Shown: piece by piece, positions 1-12,981 of the stretch
Position numbering within the stretch: the stretch's first letter is position 1
How the letters are laid out: each line of letters starts with the position of its first letter
Assembly (NCBI GenBank): GCA_004022145.1
Contig: RCNU01000002.1
Reading direction: 5' to 3' (one strand)
DNA: 64,000 nucleotides
Source of the DNA: Paecilomyces variotii
Taxonomy: Eukaryota
Translations under genes and position numbers: made by a program
The notes under the pieces: generated by a model
Told to the model about the DNA's origin: nothing
Seen by the model: the letters and a program-made list of their open reading frames with translations, nothing else
Database searches by the model: none

Positions 1-923
1 CAGTTAGCTGTTATGCAAGACGCCAAAATCAGGGCAAAGGAAAATCCATACAGATTGAACAACTCGGTCACCCTCTCTGGAGCCACCATAACATCTTCAA
101 TTCGCTTAAATTGATGGCCACCGTTCCTCATATAACTCGAAGAACCATCAAAGCCTGACCGCAAGTCCAGCAGTGATGCGACGGCCTCGTGTGAACCCAT
201 GTATTGGTCTGCGGACATTCCCGACGAGCCCTGGTAGACTCCGGCTGCACTGCTTATGGGCGTCGAAATGGACGGTGTCTCTTGCTTTGTCGGTGTCAGT
301 TGCGGCTGCTGTTGATTCATGGACGCAGCAGCAGCAGCGGCGGCGGCGGCATTGGCGTTTGCAACCTGCTTCCTCAGCTCGATGATCTCCCGCTCCATTT
401 CCGCATTGCGGCTGCGTTTGCCTATCCGCTTGAAGTTCGACTCGATTTTGCACTCGAGCTTGAGACGGCGACACCGAGAGCACGTCGTGAAGGGATCCTG
501 AACGACATCGCACCGGAGCTGTGACCATGACCAATCAGTTAGCAACGCTGTTCGCAACTAAATGCTCTTCCTCTGCATCCAGACTATCCCGTCCAACGAT
601 AGCCAGATCCATTCTGCGCTCACCTTCTGCTGTCGACACTCATTGCAGGCCCGTTTCACTGGCTGCCTCCTCTTATCCTCTTGTCCATCATGGTCTTCTA
701 TATCGTCTGTACTCCCCGGGGAGCTATCGATCCCAGCCACCGAGACATTGCGCTTTTTCGCCTGTGGCAGACCCGATGACACCCCAGCAGTAGGAGAATG
801 GCCAACCGTCCCTCTTATCGGACTGACTACTGCAGACGCATTGTTGTTCCTGTTCGGCCCCAGGACTTCCCCTTTCACCCCTCCACCTCCGATTCCGCTC
901 GAGGAGCCCGCGAGAGACGCCAC
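1..923 (-). CDS. leuB: Leu3/LeuB-type Zn(II)2Cys6 transcription factor, 5' part (gene runs off the left edge); probable non-AUG (GUG) start
   Basis: Exon 923-624 ends ...KRRQPVKRACNECRQQK. Intron 623-519 (GTGAGC..CTAAC..CAG). Exon 518-52 reads LRCDVVQDPFTTCSRCRRLKLECKIESNFKRIGKRSRNAEMEREIIELRKQ. Next donor GTATGG at 51. The Zn cluster and linker resemble yeast Leu3 (CxECRQQK...KRxRN). The symbol is from recognition, and the start codon is inferred. Confidence 0.75.
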
Positions 924-1117
924 GCTGGGTAAGCTGTGAAACACGCAATGGCTAGAGCTCGGACGAGAAAAAAAAGATCAGCCGATCGGCCACGGACGAG
1001 CAAGAGGCCCAATTCGGTCCAGTCGCGGCGCAGTGAGAGCTATCTGGTATAGCTTACTCTGGACGATAAATTTATTTTCCTTTTTTTTTTTCCCTTCTCT
1101 CTTAGACTTGATGCCGA

Positions 1118-1273
1118 ATGACTCGTTCTGGACCAAAGTCGGCGCCCCTCGACGATAGATGAGTAACCGGGGCCGAGTGGGGGTTGCGCTTTCCGATCTC
1201 GCTCGCCGTTTTCTGTCAGGTGACTCAGCCGCACGTGAGACTTGATGAGTCATCTATCTCCTATCTCACGTGA
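1118..1273. promoter_or_regulatory. Cluster of Gcn4/CpcA elements and E-boxes upstream of the LeuB-type gene
   Basis: TGACTCA 1221-1227, perfect ATGAGTCAT 1245-1253, partial ATGACTC 1118-1124, CACGTG 1232-1237 and TCACGTGA 1266-1273. Confidence 0.65.
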
Positions 1274-1994
1274 TGCAAGTTATCTATCACGTTCTCCGCA
1301 GAGCCTCACTCAATAGTTATTAATAGCCCCGCAGATCCCCATGACCCAATGACGCAGGACTGCAGATTGACTATATCATTGCTTACTGCAACACTGCCTC
1401 ATCTCGCCTCGCACGGCTGAATAGATACGGTTGCGACATTAGTACCTACTTATCAATTGCTTCTACTCTCTCTACAACTCTTCTGTGTGACTAAGTCTCT
1501 ACTTGTGAATAACCAGGTTAGAAGACAACGTGTCGTGGATGGATAGGTACATAGAGAATACGACAGATATTATTGAACTGGTCTCGTGCTATTTTAAAAC
1601 CGCGGAGCGTTGGGGGCCATTATTTGGTTGCTTTTTAGTCTCTAATCACCAGGCGCAGGGCTCAGAGCCTCAACATGCTCTACCCCTCGTTTTTCCAGCC
1701 TCATAAGGCGTGCTAGTCAGCCTTGATAGTTGAACTTTACATGCACCCCGAACTCATGCATATAAAGGCAGACATGGGTACTGCCAAGCTTGGAGTAAAT
1801 AGATAATAACAGAGTCATATTAAAGACTTACATGAGCCTCTGAACCGTCCCTTTCGTTATTGATTTTGTCTCACAGCAAAGATTGGGCACTTTCGGCCGC
1901 TTATCTCAAGGATCAAGTTGTGCTTTCTCGACAGATCCTTGCTTGCGAGTATCATCAAGGAGCAGAAAATTGATGATCTGATCTTCCAACTGAG

Positions 1995-4500
1995 ATGGAA
2001 GGAAATGAAGAACTAAATAGGCCACCTGCCTACGATGAAGTAGAGCACCTGGCTGGGAACATCCCACCTCTGGATCTGAGCAAAAGCGCAGGGTCTGCGC
2101 AGACTTCAACAGTCACCAAAGACCAGTGCATTGTCCATTTGAAGTTCCTTGCTGCTCTGGCTGATCTGCGCGACACCATCGGTAGGGAAGACAAATTATT
2201 CGGCATTAAAGATTCTCAAGCCGACAGGATTCAGGACGACACGCGAGGAGCCCTCGTGCGGATTAGGGAGAAACGATGGGCTGTTTATACATCGAGAGCT
2301 GTTTACCGTTTTGCGCTCTGGTGGGAACTCTGTGTGCCCACATCTGGTCCACTTCCCACTCTGGAGGACTTGACGAAGTCGAGCTATTACGCTGTCACCA
2401 ATTGCAAGCATCGGGTGTCTTGGAATAAAGACAATATGCCGCCTCTAGGTGAGTTGAGCAATAGTGGAGTTGCTTGAAGTGGTTTTTATTTTCTTTTTAT
2501 TTTCTTTTTGACTTCCCACTTCAAATTCGCAAGAATAGAGCGGTCCTGACTAACATATATTCCAGATGTCATGATGGTATGGCATGCATATATGCTCAAT
2601 CCTAGATCATTCCTCGAGGACTGCATTCGCAATGCCAAAATGAGCTTTTGGGCCTCTGGATTCCCCTGGGATGTCATAAACGACTGTATAGATAATCAAA
2701 GTTTCAACTACGTGGTAGGAAATACTGCTAGGAAGAACTTTGAAGAAAAAACCGGTCTTAAATGGGACAACCTTGACGATCCACCCAATCGACCCGTCCA
2801 ATGTCCATCCTGTCAGGTCCCCGTATTCGTTCCCTGGACCGCTGGACGGATGGGCAACAGTTCGTCGAAACTATTCGAAGATTGCTATGGTTACGCCGAC
2901 AAGAACTTTCAGGCATACTGCCATGTTTGCAATTTCTCTATCAATCATGAGAAGCTCAGAGTCGCCAAGTTCAAGAGGGATCTGGAGGCATTGATGAGAA
3001 AACACCGACCGATGCCAGGTACGGTGTACACTCTCGAAGGCATTCCCGAAGCAGTAGTGCCGCAGCGACTCCACGGAGAGACCTTCCCAAACTGTCTGAT
3101 GATGACTCTGGGAGATGATCTACTTCGGCTGGCTGATTCGAAATCAAACTCTTCCACTACCATGGTAACAATACGCGACTTTTTCGAAGACAAGATCAAG
3201 AACCAAAATATTATTAGAATAGCGAAAGATTCATCGCGTGGAGTACTATCACGCGATGAGAGGATTTGTTTACGCCGGATGATGTCCCGCTACTGGGATA
3301 ACAATAGTCAGTTTGCCCTTGATCTTGTGGGAGCCGTTATCCGCCAAGGGACATTCGTTCAGAAGATGGATGATATCGACTGGTTGCATTCGCCTGCTCT
3401 TGTGGCGACTATGGATCGTCTTATAGAAAAATACAGGATCTTCTTCAAAATAATGACAGATCATCCAGGCCGTATGGCTGTCCCTACACTCGATGTTGAT
3501 CTAGCTTGGCATACACACCAGCTTTCTCCCCCTCGATATTTCTCCTTCTCGGTAATGCAATCGTCTTTAAGGACTTTCATCGATCACGACGACAAGGTCG
3601 AGGAATCCAGACTCTCCGACGCATTCGCATGGACAAGCAAAGCTTACAAAAAGGTTACCAACGGAGGGATCTACAGCGAATGCACCTGCTGGTACTGCGA
3701 AGCGATTCGAGTCCCTGATCTCGGGGGCATCTTCGTCTCCAGCGCCACAGCTAGAGCCCGTGAAGCGGCTGAGAACTTGCATAACAGGCCCGACATCTCT
3801 TCAAATCCATTCAAAAATGCGCACATCTCCGCTCACAACGCGGTACATCCGCCAGGGACATCATTTGATCGAGCCAGTCTTAAGATTATTCAACTCAAGA
3901 ACCTCCACGACAAACACCGTCGGAGGGCAGAGAAGCGAAAGCGCAAGTCTAAGCAAGGACAAAGCTCCGAGAAGAGTGCCCACGAGCAGCGCGCTTATCA
4001 AGATATACCCATTGTTTGGGGATACGCATATGCCCCAGGTCTCTATGGGCCGTACATGTGTGATCCAGGAATTAGTGCAGATGCTTACCCGCATAATCCA
4101 TCATGCATGAACACTACTCCTGGCGCTGCTGGTAACTGCGTCGGAGGAACTTGCGGAGGTACAGTGGCCGCTGGCGGCTGTGGAGGATATACAGTGGGAG
4201 GTTGTTCAGGTGGTGTTCCAGGAGGCTGCGGCAGTGGGTCTGGGGGTTTTGGTAAGTGTCTCTGCAACCTTCGATAACTCAAACCAGACTGTCCGCTAAT
4301 ATACCTCTTACATAGCCGGTGGAGGCTGCGGCGGCTCTGGTGGTGGTGGTTGTTCTGGTGGTGGTGGTTCTGGTGGTGGTGCTGGTTGCGGCGGAGGTGG
4401 TGGGGGAGGAGGCGGCGGCGGCTGTAAGTCAACCTCCCCTATCCTTACAACTTCAATCTCGGGGCGACTCTGACCATTATCTATAGGCGGTGGTTGTTAG
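1995..4500 (+). CDS. Glycine-rich domain protein (GRDP/DUF1399 family) with Gly/Cys-rich tail
   Basis: Exons 1995-2448, 2566-4251, 4316-4423, 4487-4500. Motifs PPLDVMMVWHAYMLNPR, DLVGAVIRQGTFVQKM, VPTLDVDLAWHTHQLSP and IDHDD; tail of GGCGG repeats. Confidence 0.85.
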
Positions 4501-5054
4501 CTGATAAGAGTGAACGCTTTTCATGCTATTCTAACGAATGCTTTCTTTACGTCATGACCAGCAATTCCTAGCTACCCATTTATTTGATTCTCCCCCTTTC
4601 CTTTACGTGAGCAATCTTTCTGTTTCGAGTCTTGGTTCAGCGTAACGGAATCTTGCTTTAATTTCGAGTCCCATCTATACCTAGTCAATACGTTACCCTT
4701 GATTGTACCGTCTAGCCGCGTCAACTAGGCCCGAGAATCCGATCGAATGAATATTCTTTTGGGAGTCTACATCTACTCTACCTTCTATTCTAAAGTCATC
4801 ATTACAGAGGTCTGAGAACATTTAGTGGAAGTGAAGCACTGAGACCGTATATCTCTGTCCTGCTGCGTAAATAATACAAAACGAATGAGATCGCCAAGAT
4901 GGAAGGCATTGTAAATCAGCCTCCCTGAGTCCTTGCGCGGGGTATATACAAAACATCGTATCCTAAATGTATAGACCAAGAACTGTCATAATATAACATA
5001 AGAACATAAGCGAACCGGCATAAAGAGTGCCATCGATACAAGGTTCCTTGGCAA

Positions 5055-8000
5055 TCACATCACCAGGCACTTGCTATTTCTTTCTCGTCGCTCTTGAATC
5101 GTTTGTTCGTTCCACTGCTCAATTCGTAGTCTCCACTCTTCACTCCTTCCGTCCCCTGGTGATCTTCCATATAGGGGGTCTGTCGACGCCCTATTACCGG
5201 GAGCCATAGAGCCCAAAGCGTCATGGGATCGTCTACGAGAATCCTCATCTGGTCGGTGAGCCCCATATTGGGGTTCAAGGCTCTGAAGACCATTCGGCTG
5301 ATTACGGTGAGGTCGCCGAGCATGAAGATCTGGAGACGACAGCGAGTATGCATGGTAGTTTTCTGTTGAACTGTTATTTTGCGAGTGAAGAGGGCGTGGC
5401 GGGAAAAGTGAGACTCGACGTAGTTTCGAAGACAGCGTCGATTTCTGGTTTCGTGAAGGGGACAGCAGTCGTGGAACAAACAATCTAGGACGAGATAAAG
5501 TGCGCCTTCTCTCAATGCCTTCTGTCTGAGTTTCTCTTTGTGACTGAGGAAGAGGAAGCTCCAAAACAGGAACCACGCGTGGGGCTACCGCCGGCTCCGA
5601 GGGTATAGGAGCTGGTAAATCAGCTGGTTCTTGCAACGTCGCACCAACCACAGATTGCTCCATGGGTGATACTGGAGAAGCAGCAACAATCTGAACCGAA
5701 AGTGATTCTGGATCACGCACCTGGCCAGTTGGACCGGACCACGGCTCTGTATTCAGGTGCACATTATCTGATGGTCCAGCCGTTACTGTAGCGGCAGCAG
5801 TAATGGCACTATTTGGTTCAGGAATATAGTTGGCAGATTGCACAGAAGCTGCCCCTGTGAGATTATTGACCTCGGCAGAGGTGGAGGACCAATAGCCGCC
5901 TGATCCCTGGAGCCTTCCTCTCTGCCAGTCGTCCTGCGACCCATGATCGGGGATTGGAGATTCTCTAGAGCTTCTTGGTCTCCTGGGAGCCAGCCTAGCT
6001 CTAGAATTTGTGTTAATTGGACCAATAGTTGTTCTTGATCGCATGATTGTGTTCTGGGCAAGGGTCCCTACGCTGCTCGTGCCAGCCCTCTCAGATTGGG
6101 AAGGCAGCCCACCGAGGCTTTGGGCAGGGCCTGTAACAGCTGGAAGTAGTAGTCGCCTGAGATGTTCTGGGAGAGGTCCATCTGGTTCGCGAGTGTAAGG
6201 AGGAGGTGGTGGGACCCAGTTGTCTGCATCGCTCTCATGAGGAACCTGCGGTTCGATCACTGGATTACTCCCAGTGTCGCGATATCGCGTATTATATCGA
6301 CTCCGACTTGCTGCTGCAGCTGTAGCTGCCCTCTGCAGGGTATCGCGTGACCTAGGTTGAGCATTGTCGTAGGGCACATCTAGCATTTGTGTGAGATGAC
6401 TGAATTCCATGTCCGTTGGGGAGCTTGGCTGGGAACGGCTCGCAGTGCTGGTGGTCGAGAGAAGCTTTTGAGGGCTTCTCGTCGCAGCGGGGAATGATTC
6501 ACGCGGCCTGCTTGGACGTTGGCTGGTACCATGTCGCGGGGAACCTATAAGACGGCGAAACTGGGTCCTTCTTCTCTCTAATTCCACTTCAGTGTCAAGA
6601 CTAGGGCTCTGTTCTCTCAGAAGCTTGGGTTGCGTCTCTCCGACCTCAATCGTTATTTCCTTCATCTCCCCGTCAGTCGGAGATCGCTCAAAATCCATGA
6701 TTAGAACTCTCCCTCCATCAATGGGGACGTTTTCTCCGCCTAGCATAGGTGAAGATACCCCGCCAGGGGCCACTGCAACTAGGCGCCTGCATCTCAACCC
6801 ATCGCCCTGAGATGCCCCTCGTGGTAAAACCCATTTTGCAGCCGTTATCCCCTCCATATCGCTCAACTTATGCCCGTGCAACAGTATACCCGGTTGGTTG
6901 ATTCGATCTTGGAGCCCGCTTGCATCATTCTGCATATATCCATGTTCCTCTTCGAAATTTTGAACGCCGTTGTCCAGACCGGCGTCAGATGTCTCGTTAG
7001 CCTGTCTGGATTGACTTAGAAAGGTAGCAGGATCACATTGTTCAGGTAGGCCATATAACCACAGACCCGAGCCTCGAAACCCCAGAGCAACAAGTTCACC
7101 TTCCGAGTCTGTTGCTGGGACCATGAGCGGCTCTGTCTCTTGTAATGACCCATTTGAATGTGGGCCCACAAAATGCACGCTTGCAGTTCGCGCGTTATTC
7201 ACCCTCACAGCTCGAAATGTTTTAAGGTGGGTATCATAACCAATAACCCAACTACTATTACCATCCGGGTGGTGAGGGAGCAAGCACATGTGGCTGTAGC
7301 CCGAGATAACATCAGGAAAGAGTATCTGTCTCGTCCACATGTGACTCTGGGCCTCTCTTGTGGCTAGGCCTATCTCAGCGTCAGGGTTGAATAGAGCTGA
7401 CACTGCGACGGTGCTAGGCTTGGTGACATCAGCGGACGATCCAAGCAGCAAGGTGCCATCGCATGAGAATGAGAGAATATCCACGGCAATGCACCTCACA
7501 GCTCGTCGCTCGCTTGCGAGAACATTCTCTCCTACAGAGCAAAATTCAATACCGCTGTCATATGCAATAGCGATAATGCTACCACTTGGAGACAGTGCAA
7601 GGGCTCGCGGGCTTTCATCCAAAGTAAGGACTTGAACATGCTTTGCCTCGTCATCTGTAAGGCGATATATATTCACTTGGTGTTTAGATGAGACCACAGC
7701 AAGAAGAGAGCCATCATCAAGGATCGCTGCATCTAACGGTCGTCGTAATGTCTTGAGTTCATGTTTCACACTGATGAAACGCGACGATAGATCAATGACG
7801 AATGTTCTAGAGGAGCTTAGGCTGAGAAGCATTTGTCCGTTGGAAGAAAATCGGAATCGAAAAGCTTCCCCGAATGGGAAGGCTGTGGAAGAGCTGGAGT
7901 TTGATATCAATTTAATCAGTGTCTTTCGCGGCCGAAGGAATGCTTCGAATGCATTCCTTCTGATCTCGCACGCAAATCTGGCTTTCAGTCTCGGAAGGTC

Positions 8001-8474
8001 ATCCGAAGTTAAAGAGCCAGATATCATGCCACTTGTAAGTGAAAACGAAGGACAACGGGACAGGTGATAAGCGTAAAGCGGCGCCGAGTCTGAGAGTCGT
8101 TTCCATTGTCGGTTCAGAAGGCACAGTGACGCAAATGAATTCGCGTCGACAATGTAAAGGATGCTGGGTAGCCTCAGTAGCAATTCCACCGATAGAGATC
8201 AGAGGCGCAGATACAGAAATGAGATCTGGGCGGGTGGAAGTGGCGTTCGCTTTCTGGGACGGGTGAGCACTCACCGCAGAATTACATGCGAAGGTAAACG
8301 ATGGAAAGACGAGCGCGTATGTATGTGAAGATCCGCAGGTATATCCCTTGACACTTGATGGCCGTAGCTTGGACCATCGACTGCTGCAGTTGTGGTCTCA
8401 TCTTGAGAATGCAGCTGTTTGGCAACTGTGCCCTTGTCCTCTTCTCTCCCAGACGAAAATACCCTCTCGGGCAT
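5055..8474 (-). CDS. F-box protein with beta-propeller-like region, PPxY motif and C-terminal CaaX box
   Basis: Exon 8474-8275, intron 8274-8164 (GTGAGT..CAG), exon 8163-5055. The spliced F-box-like segment is FHRLPSHVILRILYIVDANSFASLCLLNRQWKRL. WD-like strands (LALSPSGSIIAIAY, LSFSCDGTLLLGS), PPPPPY, C-terminus SKCLVM. Confidence 0.8.
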
Positions 8475-9237
8475 GGTCACAGCGGACTTTCTATGTCCAC
8501 TATCGGACAGAGGTATTGTGACTCAGTAGTGTGAGTTCAGATATCTGGAGCAGGACACATGACGACGTCAAGAAGGTCTCATTTCCTGTCTCTGGGTGAC
8601 TGCAAGAGATAGACCGCTTTCCTTTGAATAATGGATGTTCACTGTGGATGTTCGCTGTGGCTGTGTCATGTACATAAAGTCCTATGCATGCATGGAGCTC
8701 CGTTCCACGTTGCACCGTGCAAACGACTAAGACGCCAAGAGTCAGGTCTTCCGAATATTCTCTAGAGGAATTGACGATGAGAGAAACACTAGCATCAACT
8801 CTGGAGATGAAACGCGGTCTGGAGGTGAAATATAAATAGAGCATTTAGGCTCGTCACCTGCAGGGCTCTCCCACCCGGCGTGCTGTGATTGGCTTGGAGC
8901 AATGACTAATCGATGACTCATCTGACTTCCCCACGATCGCGATACCGAGATAAAGATGATGATAGGCTTCAAAGACTGTTCCAGATGTATGCGTATCCTT
9001 ACAGCCAACAGTCTGAGCTACGTCTCCGTGAATATGCTTCTTCGAAGATCGGCATGTGTGTCGCCTTGAAGTTCTAGTGGCCGTTGACGATTATGACTTC
9101 GTTCACTTAGATCGCTTGACCTCGGGTAAGGCCCGAATTTTCTCCAACGGGTGAATAGTATTGCAAGTACAGGGCCATATGGCCCTTTTGTGATTATGCG
9201 CGTGTTATCAACAAGGACGAATATAATCTAGCAAGCT

Positions 9238-11511
9238 ATGTCGAATACTGTGTCTGTGCAGAATGGCGTGGCCCCCAAGGCCCAGCCAGTGACATTCAAT
9301 GCTGGGTCACGGCCCTATCGGTCACACAAAGTGAGGGCTTGCGATCTATGTCGGAAACGCAAGGCTCGATGCACGGTTGATATCCCAGGGCAATCATGCC
9401 TTCTATGTCGGGTTCAAGGAGCCGACTGCCATTATCGAGAGGAATCGAGTCAAGATTCCTGGCCAGTGGAGCAACTGGCGGCAGGCCAGAAGCGCAAGCG
9501 CACGCCAGAATTGACGCCCACACCACCCCAGGATGGAAGTAGATCTCCATCGGACAGGATATACGGCCACTCTTTACTCCACAGGGAAAGTGGTCGCCAG
9601 AGTTCATCAAGGAGTCGTGGACCTGAGGACCCGAAAAATGAATCGGTCCACATTGTCGGCCCTGTCGCAGCAGAGGATGCGCAGGTTATTGAAAAGTTCA
9701 TGCCTCCTGAACGATCCAACAAGTCCCCGGAATCAAGGAAGAATCCTTACAATGTCTACTCTAACGACCCGCGGAAACCAATCCTCTATACCACCGTCTC
9801 AAGACGAAGACAGGGTATGCGCATGGGCAATCCTCCGGGAGAAAATCAGAAAGAAATCTTGGAACAGATCCTTGGACCCTTCAAGGATGACCTTGTGAAA
9901 TTGTAAGGTCCCCATTATCCATTTTTGTGTTATTGGTTCTCTAATATTCCGTGTAGATTCATAGAAAGATCCAATCAGTGCTTCCCAATCTTTGACGGGG
10001 AAGCCTTCTGGGAGTCATACTTATCGGGTTCCACAGATGACCCTCCAACAACGTTGTTATGCCAGGTTTACGCGATGTCACTGGTATATTGGAAACATAC
10101 GCCGAAGCTTGCACGGCATCCAAAACCAGACGTCCGGTATGCGGTGAACCTCACAGTGGCGGCGCTTCATGAAGACTTTTCAGCGCCAGGCTTGTCAACT
10201 ATCGGTGCCGCTCTGATCGACCTCACGGGGAGACCAATCTTTTCCATGACTGGAAATGCAATTAACTGTGGTCGTACAGTCTCTCTCGCTCACTGCCTTG
10301 GACTAAACCGTGATCCGAGCAATTGGAAACTATCCGCTCAAGAGAAAAATCAACGAATTCGGTTATGGTGGGGAGTTGTTATCGTTGACAGGTGGTATGC
10401 TTTATCGTAGAACTGCACTCGGAGTGACCTCAGCTAATGCTAGGCCAGGGGGAGTTTTGGGCATGGAGTACCGCCCTCGATCTCGAAAACCCAATACGAT
10501 GTTCCTCTCCCGACAGTGGATGTCCTAGTTCCGTCAAATGACCGAAATCCCCAACGTGTGAAGAGAGCCTATTGTTACATAGCATTATGCCGGTTGACCG
10601 AGATCTTGGGGGAACTGCTGCCACTTGTTTATGGCCTTCAGCCGAAATCAGTGAAGGAAACATCTAAAAGACTCCGGCATATACGAACTAATTTAGACAC
10701 ATGGGAAGATTCTCTTCCAGACTGGCTGAAGTCTCCACAGCGATCTGATGCACCTGTTAGTGGTGCCTGCAGTCTACAGCTCGGCTTTCTAGCTCTGAAG
10801 ATGCTCATCTGCAGGGTTGAACTACATGTAAGATTACCCGTGGACTCCTTGGGATTATTTGAGCCGCATTTGACACATTTTTCTCAGGAAATCAACAACT
10901 CAGACACCGAAAATCCCGAGGCTAGGAGATATTTCCAAACAGAATGTCGAAAATCCGCAGAGGAAATTGTGCAATTCATCTCATCACTACGAAAAGAGAA
11001 CTTTCAAGAATTTTGGCTACCATGTATGTTGTCATCAGTGGTCTCCATTCCGGTGTGCTAGGTACCTGACAGCTTTTCAGATAGCGCATTCCACCTCACG
11101 TCAACCGCGACATTGCTCGTCAGATGTGCTCTGGAAACGACGGACCCTGAAGTTTCTAGGTCATGCCTTGCCAATGTCGATTCCTTCCGCTCCGTGCTCC
11201 GCCGTGTGAGAGACGAAGAGGACTGGGATGTCGCCGACATGTGTCTCGACCATTGCGACAAAATTCTACACCGAGCTCCCAGCAACAACAGTCATGCAGC
11301 TGGCAGCTCGGATGTGCGACTCACCACTGCCGCGCCTGAACCTTCAACGGTCAACCCAGCCGCTATAGCACTGCCAGAAACACAGACGCACAATGAGATT
11401 GTGGACGATATGATGTCTATCTCTGGAACATTCGGGACTATGGATGGCTTCCCCTTTGATATGACAGGTATCTGGGACGTAACTGGGTTTCAAGATGCCA
11501 ATTTCACATGA
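9238..11511 (+). CDS. Zn(II)2Cys6 transcription factor with fungal-specific TF (middle homology) domain
   Basis: Exons 9238-9902, 9957-10394, 10449-10827, 10888-11023, 11081-11511. ACDLCRKRKARC...CLLCRVQGADC; LAHCLGLNRDP...RIRLWWGVVIVDRW. Confidence 0.9.
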
Positions 11512-12981
11512 TCTCGTTTAGCCCGCTCCGGGTTTGGTGAAGCTATTTATTGTACCTGTCATATATCCGGCCATGCATTTTCTGCTATATCTCAAGCGAG
11601 ATCTTTATCATATGTGTATTAATTGATCTTCTAACATGTCTGTCTCCGATTGAGAGCAGCGAGCTATTTCAAGTTTCACGACATCACCACGAAAGTTCAA
11701 CCTTAGTGCTGGAGCGAATACAAAAGAAAGCCAGGCATCGATGCATTACCACCGCAGTAAAAATTGCGGTCATTGTTTGAAGAAGAATAAGATGCAATAC
11801 TTTGCAATACAACAACTCTCCTAATAATGAGTACCCGTTAAGAAATCGAATCGCGCCCTCTCGCTTCCTTACCAGTGCTGTCCTTGTGATCTGGTCATTG
11901 AAAATATAGTACGTAGTAACAAAGTATAGTATGGCAAGTTCTCTCCGGGCCCACACCAGTAAGACGCAGTCACGCCACCACCGCTGGGTTCTAAGGAGTG
12001 AAGGAGGTACATAATTGCGAAAAAGGAACACGGATGTTGCAATAATAGAAACAGTCTAGCCAGGAAGAAATACAATCGTCGCCTTTCATACTTTGCAGGC
12101 TTAGTCCTGGAAATAACTTACTTAACACACGTATAATCATAATCCGACAGGAGTCGGCTAGTATAAGCATCATCTTCAATCTTTCATTCCAAAGAACTCC
12201 ATCAACCGCGAACCCCAAGAATCACCCCAACAACAACAATAATAACAAAATTAGCCCTTCAGGTGACAACTCACTAAAATCAAAATAATAAATAAGCAAT
12301 ATTAGGAAAAAAACAACCAAGCTGAGTCAGCGAGTTCTAGAACCGATTCTGTTGACGTAAAACCACACGCCGATTATAACGACTCAAGACGCCGTCTCGG
12401 TTTCCATCGGCTCTCTGCGCTCGCCGACCCACCGCTGTACTTAAGGCTTTCTCCGAAGATTCTCCAAATAATGGGAACCATTGGTTCTCTCTCGTGGTAG
12501 CTTAGACGCAAGTTTCCGTGTGATTTGATAAAAGAAAATGCGCAAGGAGAATTAAAAAAAAAATTTTTTTTCTTTTGGTTTCTGTCCCTGAGGGGAAAGC
12601 CTATTTCTTGTTGTTTGATGGTTAGAAATACTATAGAGAGAGGCTGTTGTTGGAGATCGCGCTCTATGATTATTATTGACTAGGTTCATTAAGGTCAAGC
12701 ATTATTTTTCTCCCCAGCATATATTCATTATTATTCGTGCTCTTTGAATATCAAGGGATCGCTCCCCCGCAGCGAGATAGTGCCTCTTTCCTACGCCATA
12801 CTGTTACGTATTGGATCCACCGGCGACACGAGGAGTCATAACTACTACTAGCTGACGGTTTTACTTATTATTAACATACGGATAAGATAAACTTGCCTGT
12901 AGCTGCTCGGACTGTTTTGCGTCTTCTTTTCCTTCTTTTTCAGTAATCTTTAATCGGAAACAAAATCTACTGGTTGCAGTC

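Noticed and set aside
978-1253. 91-aa ORF as the first coding exon of the LeuB-type gene
   Set aside because: Its ATG is part of a Gcn4 site, and its splice phase is incompatible with all nearby acceptors.
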